Assembly (NCBI GenBank): GCA_000996355.1
Contig: LCAH01000004.1
Span: 14,501-78,500 of the forward strand
DNA from: Candidatus Uhrbacteria bacterium GW2011_GWC2_41_11
GTDB lineage: Bacteria > Patescibacteriota > Patescibacteriia > UBA9934 > GWF2-40-263
DNA: 64,000 bases
Direction of reading: 5' to 3'
Within the stretch, counting starts at the first letter, position 1; each line of letters starts with the position of its first letter. The notes beneath the pieces were generated by a model. It was not told the origin of the DNA, made no database searches, and was given only the letters and a program-made list of their open reading frames with translations. This document shows positions 50,681 to 60,520 of the stretch, piece by piece. The position numbers and the translations under genes were made by a program.

Positions 50681-53122
50681 ATGCCTTACGATCATCAATT
50701 CATTGAGAAAAAATGGCAGGAACGCTGGGAACGGGGGGAATCTTGGCGTGCATCCGAGGATCCGCAAAAAAAAGACAAAAAGTTTTATGCACTCGATATG
50801 TTTCCGTATCCTTCAGGAGCGGGACTGCATGTTGGTCATCCAAAAGGGTATATTGCCACTGATTTGATTTCGCGAAAGCGGCGCATGCAAGGATATAATG
50901 TTCTTCATCCAATGGGTTGGGATGCCTTTGGATTACCAGCGGAAAATTACGCAATCAAGGTTGGCATTCATCCGCGCGAAACTACAAAAAAGAATATTGA
51001 AACATTCAAACGTCAAATTCGAAGCATGAGTCTCTCGTATGATTGGTCGCGTGAAATTGCTACCTGTGATCCAGAGTATTACAAATGGACGCAATGGTTT
51101 TTTCTTTTTTTGCTTGAAAAAGATTTGGCTTATCGAGCAAGTGCTCCTGTGAACTGGTGTGATGCGTGTCAGACTGTGCTTGCAAATGAACAGGTTGTAA
51201 ATGGGACATGCGAACGATGCAAGAATGTTGTGATTCAAAAAGAAATGTCTCAATGGTTTTTTCGCATTACCAAATTTGCAGATTCGCTTTTAGAAGAACT
51301 TGATGGATTAGATTGGCCAGAATCAATTAAAGCCATGCAACGCAATTGGATTGGTCGTTCCGAAGGAGCGGAAATTACTTTTCATGGATTTCATGCGAAT
51401 GTAGATGATCCAAAAGAAGAAGAGACAAAAGAATTTTCTATTCCTGTTTTTACCACACGTCCGGATACGTTGTTTGGGGTGAGTTACATTGTTCTTGCTC
51501 CTGAACATCCACTTGTGGATGCACTTACTCATCCGGATTATCGAGATGCAGTTGTTGTCTATCGCGATGAGGCGCGTAAAAAGAGTGAACTTGAACGCAC
51601 CATGCTTGAACGAGAAAAAACAGGAACACCGATTGGTGCTGTCGTACGCCATCCATTTACAGGGGAAGAAATTCCTATCTGGATTGCAGATTATGTCATC
51701 GCGACCTATGGCACAGGAGCGGTCATGGGGGTTCCTGCCCATGATGAACGTGATTTTCTTTTTGCACAAAAATACGGACTTCCCATTCGTCAGGTTATCG
51801 CTTCTATGATGCTCGAGGAGGGAATTCATACCACAGACGAATCGTATGGAGGTTCTGGAATCTTAGTAAATTCAGGGGAGTTTAATGGCATCACAAATGA
51901 AGATGCAAAACGAAAAATCGTTGATGCTCTTGCATCTACAGGTCATGGTTCGCATGTGACGCAATATCATTTGCGCGACTGGCTCGTATCTCGACAACGA
52001 TATTGGGGCGCACCTATTCCTGTGATTTGGTGCGAGTCTTGTGGTATGGTTCCGGTTCCTCTGAAAGATTTACCTGTCTTGTTGCCAGACGATGTAGATT
52101 TTCGTCCAACAGGGGAATCCCCACTTGCGCGATCTGTTTCGTTTCATGAAGTGAGTTGTCCAAAATGTGGCGCATCTGCACGACGTGAATCAGATACCAT
52201 GGATACATTTGTAGATTCGAGTTGGTATTTTTTGCGATATCCAGATCCAAAAAATGAGACCTATTTTTCTGATGCGGAAAAGATGAAATATTGGTGTCCA
52301 GTGGATTTATATGTTGGTGGAGCAGAGCATGCAGTCATGCATTTACTCTATGCACGATTTTTTACGCACGTGCTTCACAAACATGGACTGATTGATTTCA
52401 AAGAACCATTCCATAAACTTGCGAGTCTTGGGTTGATTCTCGGACCTGATGGACAAAAAATGAGCAAGTCTCGTGGAAATGTCATTAACCCAGATGATGT
52501 TGTTACCGAATATGGAGCGGATGCCATGCGTACCTATGAAATGTTTATGGGACCATTTGCAGATTCCATTCAATGGGATCCAAAAGGAATTGTGGGTGTA
52601 CGCAGGTTTTTAGAAAAAGTGTGGGGATTAAAAGAAAAAATAGGAGATGTTTCAGATGTGGATGTCATGCGTCGTATACATAAAGCCATAAAAAAAGTAG
52701 ATGAAGATACAGAAGCTTTTGCATTCAATACAGCTGTGGCAGAACTCATGAGTACAACGAATTTGTTACAAGAACAGGAAACAATTTCGCGCGAAGAATA
52801 TGAGATTCTCTTGCAGTTGCTTGCTCCATTTGCTCCGCATGTGACGGAAGAAATTTGGGAACAACTTGGTCATGGAACCTCTATTTTTGTTGAATCCTGG
52901 CCTGTATGTAATCCAGAGCTTGCCAAAGATGACATGATTGAAATTGCCATTCAAGTAAACGGAAAATTACGTGCAACCATTCATATTTCTCCAGAACTTT
53001 CTCAAGAAGAAGTGAGTGAACGAGCATTAGCTGATCAAAATGTGCAGCGGTTTGTGGAAGGGAAAAAGATTGTGAAAATTGTGTATGTTCCAGAACGTTT
53101 GTTAAACGTGGTTGTAAAATAA
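50681..53122 (+). CDS. leuS: Leucine--tRNA ligase
   Basis: MFPYPSGAGLHVGH, FTTRPDT, KMSKS. Confidence 0.99.
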   Translation: MPYDHQFIEKKWQERWERGESWRASEDPQKKDKKFYALDMFPYPSGAGLHVGHPKGYIATDLISRKRRMQGYNVLHPMGWDAFGLPAENYAIKVGIHPRETTKKNIETFKRQIRSMSLSYDWSREIATCDPEYYKWTQWFFLFLLEKDLAYRASAPVNWCDACQTVLANEQVVNGTCERCKNVVIQKEMSQWFFRITKFADSLLEELDGLDWPESIKAMQRNWIGRSEGAEITFHGFHANVDDPKEEETKEFSIPVFTTRPDTLFGVSYIVLAPEHPLVDALTHPDYRDAVVVYRDEARKKSELERTMLEREKTGTPIGAVVRHPFTGEEIPIWIADYVIATYGTGAVMGVPAHDERDFLFAQKYGLPIRQVIASMMLEEGIHTTDESYGGSGILVNSGEFNGITNEDAKRKIVDALASTGHGSHVTQYHLRDWLVSRQRYWGAPIPVIWCESCGMVPVPLKDLPVLLPDDVDFRPTGESPLARSVSFHEVSCPKCGASARRESDTMDTFVDSSWYFLRYPDPKNETYFSDAEKMKYWCPVDLYVGGAEHAVMHLLYARFFTHVLHKHGLIDFKEPFHKLASLGLILGPDGQKMSKSRGNVINPDDVVTEYGADAMRTYEMFMGPFADSIQWDPKGIVGVRRFLEKVWGLKEKIGDVSDVDVMRRIHKAIKKVDEDTEAFAFNTAVAELMSTTNLLQEQETISREEYEILLQLLAPFAPHVTEEIWEQLGHGTSIFVESWPVCNPELAKDDMIEIAIQVNGKLRATIHISPELSQEEVSERALADQNVQRFVEGKKIVKIVYVPERLLNVVVK

Positions 53123-53126
53123 AAAT

Positions 53127-53543
53127 ATGACGACAGATTTTGATCAAAGACCAAAGGTTGGAGTTGGGGTTTTTGTTTTAAAAGATGGAAAAATTCTCAT
53201 GGGTAAAAGAAAGGGAGCACATGGAGAAGGTTCTTGGAGTCTTCCAGGAGGACATTTGGAATTCAATGAATCTTGGGATATGTGTGCTGTGCGTGAAACA
53301 ATGGAAGAGACTGGTGTCACGATAAAAAATATTCGTTTTGGTACGGTAACAAATGATATTTTTCAAGAGGAAGGGAAACATTACATTACGATTTATATGT
53401 TGTCTGATTATGATGCGGGTGAAGTAAAAAACATGGAACCGGAAAAGTGTAACGGATGGGATTGGTTTGATTGGAACGAGTTACCTCAGCCCCTTTTCAT
53501 TCCTATTCAAAATTTACTGAAAACAAATTTTTATCCGTTGTAA
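53127..53543 (+). CDS. NUDIX hydrolase (MutT/NUDT15-like)
   Basis: PGGHLEFNE....CA.RE..EETG, MEPEKC..W.W. Confidence 0.92.
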   Translation: MTTDFDQRPKVGVGVFVLKDGKILMGKRKGAHGEGSWSLPGGHLEFNESWDMCAVRETMEETGVTIKNIRFGTVTNDIFQEEGKHYITIYMLSDYDAGEVKNMEPEKCNGWDWFDWNELPQPLFIPIQNLLKTNFYPL

Positions 53544-53546
53544 GAA

Positions 53547-53577
53547 AAAACCGTCAACAGTTATTGTCGACGGTTTT
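53547..53577. terminator. Bidirectional terminator between convergent genes
   Basis: AAAACCGTC..GACGGTTTT. Confidence 0.75.
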
Positions 53578-54370
53578 ACCATATCAGAGGATGTGGTTTA
53601 TGTTTCCGAAAAAGGGCAATGGCTTTTTCAAGATAGATTTCTGCCCGATCCCATTCAATTGGATCCATAGTATTTCCACTTGAGCGCATCTGACCTTGCG
53701 CATCAATGCTGAGCCTGGGAAATTCACGAATAAGCGGTTCAACCAAGTGTATGCTGTCGGGTCCGAGTCCGCCTGCAGCTGCAATTCCAATCATTGGTTT
53801 TGCTTCGGTTAACGCACGGACAAAACGTGCAAGAAAAGATGCATTCATTCCGCGGCCTTCGCCCATACTGCAATCCAGAAGAATAAAGTCGAGAGCATCT
53901 CCATATGTATCGATTTTTTTTACAAATCGTTCTGGATCTTTTTGAATGATCTCCAATGCATCTCTTCCTGTTTGCAAAACAATCTCGATGTTTGGGTGCC
54001 TCTCTTTATACTCTCGGATGATTTCCGGATCAGGCCAAATCATGTCGAGTTGCAACGCATTCATGAATGGATTGCCATAAAGCGTTGCTTGTTCCAAACT
54101 TGATGCGATGTCTGTTCCTGTGTAGTCAGCATAATGAAGAGTGTTCATGAGTACTGGGTGGGGTACAAAGATTTCTGAAATATCTTCTTTTTTCGGAAAT
54201 ATTCGATTCCATCGTGATGGTATTTCATGGAGAGTTTTGTAACTCATCATCACTCCGACCATGAGTCGATATTGAAGCCCCAGTCCACCATGGGCAATAA
54301 AAACATCACACATGGATTTGATCTGAGAAGCATTCATAAAATCTGTAATCCCGATGTACGGTTTTTGCAT
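53576..54370 (-). CDS. TIM-barrel protein, distantly TrpF/PRAI-like
   Basis: YIGIT, LQL, LLD.S.G.G, AGGLGP, SIDA; AGGAG SD before ATG 54370. Confidence 0.7.
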   Translation of the reverse strand: MQKPYIGITDFMNASQIKSMCDVFIAHGGLGLQYRLMVGVMMSYKTLHEIPSRWNRIFPKKEDISEIFVPHPVLMNTLHYADYTGTDIASSLEQATLYGNPFMNALQLDMIWPDPEIIREYKERHPNIEIVLQTGRDALEIIQKDPERFVKKIDTYGDALDFILLDCSMGEGRGMNASFLARFVRALTEAKPMIGIAAAGGLGPDSIHLVEPLIREFPRLSIDAQGQMRSSGNTMDPIEWDRAEIYLEKAIALFRKHKPHPLIW

Positions 54371-54537
54371 GATGTTTCTCCTGAATTTTTTGGCCTTGAA
54401 AAGAACGAGACAAAGGAGCATATCATGAGTTTTTTGAACGGGCAAATTTGGAAGACTTCTGATGTAAATTCAAACAAAAAAACCGCATCCGAGAAAGCGA
54501 TTTTTTCGCCCCCCGCAGAATGCGGTGAGATTGGCAT

Positions 54538-54891
54538 TCACCCACGCTCGGTCGTGGTGTGGGTGGTCTGACCACCGAACTGCTCTCCAAAATATACACT
54601 TCCCTCGAATTTGGATTCCCAATCTTTTTTCTTAGGATCACGACCCTCGAAAGAAAAACCTTGGAACCCATCTCCGAAGTCTTCGAATTCTATTCTGTTT
54701 ATCTTCACTTCAAATGTGAAGATATCGCCAGTGATCGGGTTGTCGTCCCGATCAACATACATTCCTTGAAAGCTCAAAAGGGATGAGCTCCCCGAGAAGA
54801 CCATATCCCGAACAACATCTTTGTTGGGACCGGATACTAATCTAACATTGTCGTAACTTGTAGAGTACCCCACAAGGTACCTCCTTCTCAA
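54538..54891 (-). CDS. Hypothetical protein
   Basis: 117-aa ORF followed by hairpin plus T-tract; start uncertain. Confidence 0.5.
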   Translation of the reverse strand: MRRRYLVGYSTSYDNVRLVSGPNKDVVRDMVFSGSSSLLSFQGMYVDRDDNPITGDIFTFEVKINRIEFEDFGDGFQGFSFEGRDPKKKDWESKFEGSVYFGEQFGGQTTHTTTERG

Positions 54892-55101
54892 TGATGGTTG
54901 GTGGCCTGTTTGGCCAGGAACACAAAAACAAAACGTAATGGTTTATTTAGTCTATCATAAAATTATTTTTTTGTCAATTTCTTGTAACAATTTGTTTTAT
55001 AAAACATGGATAAGAGATTTTTTTGACCAAAAATGATTTTTGTGGTTAGTTTTCTTTAGTTTTAGAGCTGTTGTTCTCTTAAAAAACAAGGAGAAAGAGA
55101 A

Positions 55102-55587
55102 ATGTCAGATCCAAAAATGTTGGGAATGGAACACGTTCTACAATATCTTAAGAGAAAGTTTTGGATTTCAATTCTCCCTGATGTAAATGGATTTGTTGTT
55201 TGTATAAAAAACAACAAAGATCGTGTCTATCATCGTGCGGTGTCTCGACGGCTTTATGAAGCTTTCTTGTTTCTTGAAATTCAAGCAGAGACCTCTCTTG
55301 CACAACCGAATCCTGAACATGTGACTGAGGAACAGGCTTGGAGAATCACTGATGAAGCTGAAGATCTTCCGTGGAAAGACGTCGAAGCCATTTTTGAAAA
55401 AGAAATAGTCTCTGAATTTCGTTTTTGGAAAAAAGGTCATCGATTTACCTTTAAACTCAAAAGTCAGTCTCGGTCTTTGGATGAGGACACTCCACGTCTC
55501 ACTTGGCTCAGAAAAGGAACAGTGGCTAGTGAAAGTATCAAAGAACTTATGCTTGCTGTTTCTGCTACTCAACGAAAGGAGATCTAA
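55102..55587 (+). CDS. Hypothetical protein
   Basis: AAGGAG SD; followed by a terminator. Confidence 0.7.
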   Translation: MSDPKMLGMEHVLQYLKRKFWISILPDVNGFVVCIKNNKDRVYHRAVSRRLYEAFLFLEIQAETSLAQPNPEHVTEEQAWRITDEAEDLPWKDVEAIFEKEIVSEFRFWKKGHRFTFKLKSQSRSLDEDTPRLTWLRKGTVASESIKELMLAVSATQRKEI

Positions 55588-55603
55588 TGGTCTCACTTCT
55601 TAT

Positions 55604-55643
55604 ATCCGATCATGAAGTCCGGACTCCATGATCGGATTTTTTT
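55604..55643 (+). terminator. Intrinsic terminator
   Basis: ATCCGATCATG..CATGATCGGAT plus T-tract. Confidence 0.75.
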
Positions 55644-55679
55644 GTCCATTTTTCTTTTGTTTGTTACCATATTTTTACT

Positions 55680-56996
55680 ATGAATATTGTTGTGATTGGA
55701 ACCGGATACGTAGGGCTTGTTTCAGGTCTTGGGTATGCAAAACTCGGCCATCGTGTGGCTTGTGTTGATGTAGATGTAGCAAAAATTGCTGCACTTGATT
55801 TGGGTGAAGTGCCTTTTTATGAACCAGGACTTCGGGATTTACTACGCGAGATGCAGGAACAAGGACGTATTGTGTTTACAACGGATTTGTATTCTGTAGC
55901 AGACGGGGCAGAGATTTTTTTGATTGCGGTTGGCACGCCTCCGACCGCGTTTGGAGAAGTGGATTTGCGAGCGGTTTTTCATGTGGCAGATGACATTGGG
56001 AAATGTCTTGATCATGAAGCGATTGTTGCTATCAAGAGCACAGTCCCTGTTGGAACAAATCGAAAAGTTCTTGATTGTGTGCGGGAAAAAATGATTGCAA
56101 TCGGACGCGAGAATGTAAGTCGGTGTATTCAGGTAGCTTCCGTCCCTGAGTTTTTAAGTGAAGGAAAAGCTCTTGAAGATTTTTTTGCCCCACACCGCAT
56201 TGTGATTGGTGCAGAAAATTATACGACTCACGATGTCATGGGTCGTTTGCATGCAGGTCTTCCTGGGACACGAATATGTACCACTCTCGAAAATGCTGAG
56301 TTGATAAAATATGCCGCAAACGCCTTTTTGGCCACAAAAATTTCTTTTATCAATGAGATGGCTTGTATTGCAGAACGAGTCGGGGCAGATATTCAAACCG
56401 TTGCCCATGCGATTGGTCTTGACCCGCGTATTGGACCTTCTTTTTTGAAAGCGGGGATTGGGTATGGCGGATCTTGTTTTCCAAAAGATGTTTCCGCTCT
56501 GCATCAACTTGCCGGTTTGAATGGATATGATTTCAAATTACTCGGAGCCGTGATCGAAGTGAATAATCATCAGCGTGATTGGTTTTTGCGCAAGATAGAA
56601 AATAGACTCGGAAGTGTACGTGGAAGAAAAATCGCGGCATGGGGGCTTGCATTCAAAGGGGGGACTGATGATATACGAGAATCTGCAGCACTGGATATTA
56701 TTCAACGATTATGTGCGCGCGGTGCTGAAATTTCCGTGTATGATCCGTTTGCCATGACGCGTGCACATGGATTGCTTTCTGATGATATTGTCTTTGCTCC
56801 CACAGCTATGGATGCAGCAGAAGGAGCTGACGCACTTGTTGTTCTCACTGATTGGCAGGAGTTTCGGGATGTCTCATTTTCTACGTTGCGTGAACGTATG
56901 GTAAATCCACTGATTTTTGATGGACGAAATTTGCTTGCAGACATGCACCTCTCAGGACTTGGCTTTCAATATGAAGGAGTGGGAACATCAGGCTAA
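55680..56996 (+). CDS. ugd: UDP-glucose 6-dehydrogenase
   Basis: GTGYVG, KSTVP, PEFL.EG, GYGGSCFPKD. Confidence 0.95.
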   Translation: MNIVVIGTGYVGLVSGLGYAKLGHRVACVDVDVAKIAALDLGEVPFYEPGLRDLLREMQEQGRIVFTTDLYSVADGAEIFLIAVGTPPTAFGEVDLRAVFHVADDIGKCLDHEAIVAIKSTVPVGTNRKVLDCVREKMIAIGRENVSRCIQVASVPEFLSEGKALEDFFAPHRIVIGAENYTTHDVMGRLHAGLPGTRICTTLENAELIKYAANAFLATKISFINEMACIAERVGADIQTVAHAIGLDPRIGPSFLKAGIGYGGSCFPKDVSALHQLAGLNGYDFKLLGAVIEVNNHQRDWFLRKIENRLGSVRGRKIAAWGLAFKGGTDDIRESAALDIIQRLCARGAEISVYDPFAMTRAHGLLSDDIVFAPTAMDAAEGADALVVLTDWQEFRDVSFSTLRERMVNPLIFDGRNLLADMHLSGLGFQYEGVGTSG

Positions 56997-58503
56997 TGGT
57001 TTCAGAGAATATGTAAAAAGGATCGTCGCATCTCCATCACGATCCTTTTTTGTGGTTTGTCTTTCGTTTATTGGAGGGGTTGTACTCGCTGCATTTTTGA
57101 ACCGTCCAATATTTGAAATACCTTTCTGGATTTTTGCGAATCTTTTTCTTTTTGCTGCTCTTATTTTTCCTTCTCGAACCGGAAAAATGATTTTGTGGAT
57201 CTTATTTGCGTTTCTTATTGGGTGGTTGCGATTTGGACAAACTTTTCCACCTTCGGGTATTCCCAATCTTTTGGAACTTAGTGGTCGTCAAACAGTGATC
57301 AAAGGAAAAATTCAAGGGGAAGTGGTTGTACGTACAAATAATCAAGAAGTGACACTCGTGAACATTCAAACACCTGATGAACCGCTTTTTGGAAAATTAC
57401 TTGTACGTATTCCACGTTATCCAACCGTTTGGACCGGAGACACACTTGCCTTTCGGTGTCGTATTCAAGTTCCCGAATCAAAACCTGGATTTCGTTATGA
57501 TCGTTTTTTGAATAGTCGCGGCATTCTTGCAACTTGTTCATATCCACAGGAGCTTGATATTCGTCCTGCAAAAAATTTTTCTTTTTCTCGTTTTTTATTA
57601 CAGGGTAAACAGACCATGTTGGATACCTTAGCTCTTGTCTTACCAGAGCCTCATGCAGGATTTGTTTCTGGGTTGCTTTTTGGAGGGAGTCAAACATTAT
57701 CCGAAGATTTGCGTGGAGATTTTTCGCGAGTTGGTGTTTCGCATGTGACAGCAGCATCCGGATATAATGTTGCAATTTTTTCCCAACTCCTTTTGCTTTG
57801 GCTCATGCGGAGTTCATTGGGTCGGAAACGGGCTCTTCCTGTGGCTGCAGGTTTTGTTGTTATTTATGTCTTTCTTGCAGGTGCAACGGCTGCGGTTGTT
57901 CGTGCAGGAATCATGGCTCTTTTGGCCATGCTCGGAACCGGATGGGGGCGCACACCATCGATGCGAAATATTTTGGCTCTTACGGCTGTTGTGATGCTTC
58001 TTTTGAACCCACGACTTTTGTTTGATGATGTCGGGTTTCAACTTTCTTTTGCGGCAACTATTGGGCTTGTGTTGCTTGCGAGTCGTTTTGAATCTCTGTT
58101 TCGTTTTGTTCCAGAAACATTCGGTGTACGTACTTCATTAGCCGCAACATTTGCCGCGACCACACTTTCAACCCCTGTACTTCTTTGGAATTTTGGAACG
58201 TTTTCTTTTATTGCTCCCATCGTAAATCTTCTCATTCTCCCATGGATTCCGTATCTGATGTTGTTCGGTTCATTTGCGATTGGGGTCGGATTTTTGTCTT
58301 CCAGTCTTGGAAGTATTGTTGCCCTTCCTGCGATTGGATTAAGTAGTATTGTTTTGCATGTGGTTCATTGGTTTGGATTGCTTCCATTTGCATCCTCACA
58401 GATTCCATTTGCCCAAGTGTTTGCTATTACAAGCGCTGGAGGAATCACTTTTTTTCTTGTATGGCTCTCACATCGCCCTCGCGCACAAGACATCGACGTT
58501 TAA
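56971..58503 (+). CDS. comEC: ComEC membrane/OB part
   Basis: H..A.SG.N, VRA.IM, GFQLSF.AT. Confidence 0.92.
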   Translation: MKEWEHQANGFREYVKRIVASPSRSFFVVCLSFIGGVVLAAFLNRPIFEIPFWIFANLFLFAALIFPSRTGKMILWILFAFLIGWLRFGQTFPPSGIPNLLELSGRQTVIKGKIQGEVVVRTNNQEVTLVNIQTPDEPLFGKLLVRIPRYPTVWTGDTLAFRCRIQVPESKPGFRYDRFLNSRGILATCSYPQELDIRPAKNFSFSRFLLQGKQTMLDTLALVLPEPHAGFVSGLLFGGSQTLSEDLRGDFSRVGVSHVTAASGYNVAIFSQLLLLWLMRSSLGRKRALPVAAGFVVIYVFLAGATAAVVRAGIMALLAMLGTGWGRTPSMRNILALTAVVMLLLNPRLLFDDVGFQLSFAATIGLVLLASRFESLFRFVPETFGVRTSLAATFAATTLSTPVLLWNFGTFSFIAPIVNLLILPWIPYLMLFGSFAIGVGFLSSSLGSIVALPAIGLSSIVLHVVHWFGLLPFASSQIPFAQVFAITSAGGITFFLVWLSHRPRAQDIDV

Positions 58504-59390
58504 CACGTTTCTCCAATCATGTACGCATGACCATCGTTCTCAGTGGTTTGTGTTTTTTTGCTGTCTTTCTCTTTTTTTCTGAAACAAAAACAAACCTATT
58601 TGAAGAACATCATCCATTGCGTGTGTGGGTGTTTGATGTGGGTCAAGGAGATGCGATTTTTGTGGAGACTCCTGAGGGTCGACAAGTACTCATTGATAGC
58701 GGTCCAGATCAAGAAGTGTTGAATAAACTTGGATCTGTGTTGTCTCCTTGGGATCGAACGATTGATGATGTTCTTCTTACACATCCGCACGAAGACCATC
58801 TGGCTGGATTTGTGGAACTGTTGAAACGATATGATGTCGAGACGGTTTATGAAACAGGGGTCTTGAGTAGCTCTCCAACATATAAAGTATTTTCAAAAGT
58901 CGTCAAAGAAGAAAATGCAAATCATATTTTCGTTCACAGCGGAATGGAAATTTCATTGGAAAAAAATATTTCCCTTCGTATTCTCGCACCTGATCAATCG
59001 CTTACAGGAACAAAGTTGGAAAATTTGAATATGGCTTCGATCGTCGTTGAATTGATTTATGGAGAAACGTCGATTCTTTTGACCGGAGATGCTCCGTTTG
59101 AGGAAGAGGAAGATTTATGGGCAGATATGATCGTTCCCATTGATATTTTAAAAGTCGCTCATCATGGAAGTGGAACATCAACTTCGCAGCATTTTTTAGA
59201 AGTGACTCATCCTCGCGAAACGGTGATTTCTGTGGGAGAAGGGAATGATTATGGACATCCACATCCCGTCCTTCTTAAACGTTTGCAGGAGATAGGTACA
59301 CATATTTGGCGCACAGATCAGGATGGTGATATTTTGATCATTTCTTTTGGAGGCGAACCTGAGATTCAATCCAATCCCTTGCCGTTTTAA
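58461..59390 (+). CDS. ComEC-type metallo-beta-lactamase domain, encoded as a separate gene
   Basis: DVGQGD, THPHEDH, LTGD, KVAHHGS, YGHP; start uncertain (58461 or 58527). Confidence 0.9.
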   Translation: MALTSPSRTRHRRLTRFSNHVRMTIVLSGLCFFAVFLFFSETKTNLFEEHHPLRVWVFDVGQGDAIFVETPEGRQVLIDSGPDQEVLNKLGSVLSPWDRTIDDVLLTHPHEDHLAGFVELLKRYDVETVYETGVLSSSPTYKVFSKVVKEENANHIFVHSGMEISLEKNISLRILAPDQSLTGTKLENLNMASIVVELIYGETSILLTGDAPFEEEEDLWADMIVPIDILKVAHHGSGTSTSQHFLEVTHPRETVISVGEGNDYGHPHPVLLKRLQEIGTHIWRTDQDGDILIISFGGEPEIQSNPLPF

Positions 59391-59436
59391 AAAAAAGAGC
59401 ATAAATTAAAGGCAAAATTATTTTTTCGGAGATTTT

Positions 59437-59901
59437 ATGAATGTACAACGCAGTCTTGTTCTTATTAAACCAGATGGTCTTCAACGCGATTTGCTTGGAG
59501 AAGTTATCGGACGTTTTGAGCGCAAAGGATTAAAAATTGTGGGGTTGAAATTGATTCGTTTGACCGAATCTATGCTGGATGAACATTATGCCCATTTGGC
59601 TGACAAGCCATTTTTTGCCAGTATTAAAGAATTCATGATGCAGACACCTGTAGTTGGGATTGTTTTTGAAGGAATTGATGCCATTGAAGCCATTCGTAAA
59701 TTGATCGGATCCACAAATCCACGACAAGCAGATGCTGGAACCATTCGTGCGGACTTGGCTATGAACGTCCCGTCCAATTTAGTACATGCTTCTGATAGTG
59801 TAGAAAATGCAACAGTAGAGGTGAAGCGTTTTTTCAAAGACGAAGAATTATTCCAATACGAAAAAATTACAGATCGGTACGTATTTGGAGAAGGGGTTTA
59901 A
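59437..59901 (+). CDS. ndk: Nucleoside diphosphate kinase
   Basis: IKPDG, GTIRAD, N.VHASDS. Confidence 0.97.
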   Translation: MNVQRSLVLIKPDGLQRDLLGEVIGRFERKGLKIVGLKLIRLTESMLDEHYAHLADKPFFASIKEFMMQTPVVGIVFEGIDAIEAIRKLIGSTNPRQADAGTIRADLAMNVPSNLVHASDSVENATVEVKRFFKDEELFQYEKITDRYVFGEGV

Positions 59902-59911
59902 GAAAAAAAGA

Positions 59912-59943
59912 AAAAAGCCGTCCTCTGCGCGAGGGCGGTTTTT
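59912..59943. terminator. Bidirectional terminator
   Basis: AAAAAGCCGTCCTC..GAGGGCGGTTTTT. Confidence 0.7.
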
Positions 59944-59948
59944 GATTT

Positions 59949-60314
59949 TTATTTTTCCTCATTGTCTGACGAGGAATTTTGTTGTGTTGTCTTTGGAATT
60001 AAAAAATAAGTTACGGCAATGGCTAGGAATCCCGAAAGACCGATAGCGACGGCCGCACTCACATCCCTTGTCAGAATGTAGTAAAACGGGCAAGTGACCA
60101 GGGAGATTAACCCTACATATTGAATTGTCTCCAAAAGTCCATGCCAGATTCCTCGTCCTCCAAAGAAGACAAGGAGAAGAAAAATTGCGCTACTTAGTTC
60201 GACATAGATAGGAAGAATATTCGTTGGATCCGTTTTAAGGTCTAAGACCTGTGTTTCCACGCCTGCGCATCCAATAAGAGATAAACAGAATAATGCAGCG
60301 AGAATTTTTTTCAT
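59949..60314 (-). CDS. Membrane protein with lipobox and 3 TM
   Basis: MKK..LIGC signal; AAGGAG SD. Confidence 0.7.
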   Translation of the reverse strand: MKKILAALFCLSLIGCAGVETQVLDLKTDPTNILPIYVELSSAIFLLLVFFGGRGIWHGLLETIQYVGLISLVTCPFYYILTRDVSAAVAIGLSGFLAIAVTYFLIPKTTQQNSSSDNEEK

Positions 60315-60520
60315 GGGATCTCCTTGTATCTATATGGTATTGGTTGAAGAACAACTATATTTTTCTTTTTTTGTCAAGATTATTTGACAAATGATGTAAA
60401 TATTTATTTTATTTTTCTTCTTTTTTCTATAAATGAAAAAGACATGTTGACTGTTTTCTTCTTTTTCGTTTAAGTTAAGAAAGGTGTTCTTTTTTAAAAG
60501 AGAGAGGTAAGGGAGGTCAC

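Noticed and set aside
56971-59390. Split comEC as a frameshifted pseudogene
   Set aside because: Both parts have intact motifs and the second has its own TM anchor; two-gene ComEC is common in CPR.
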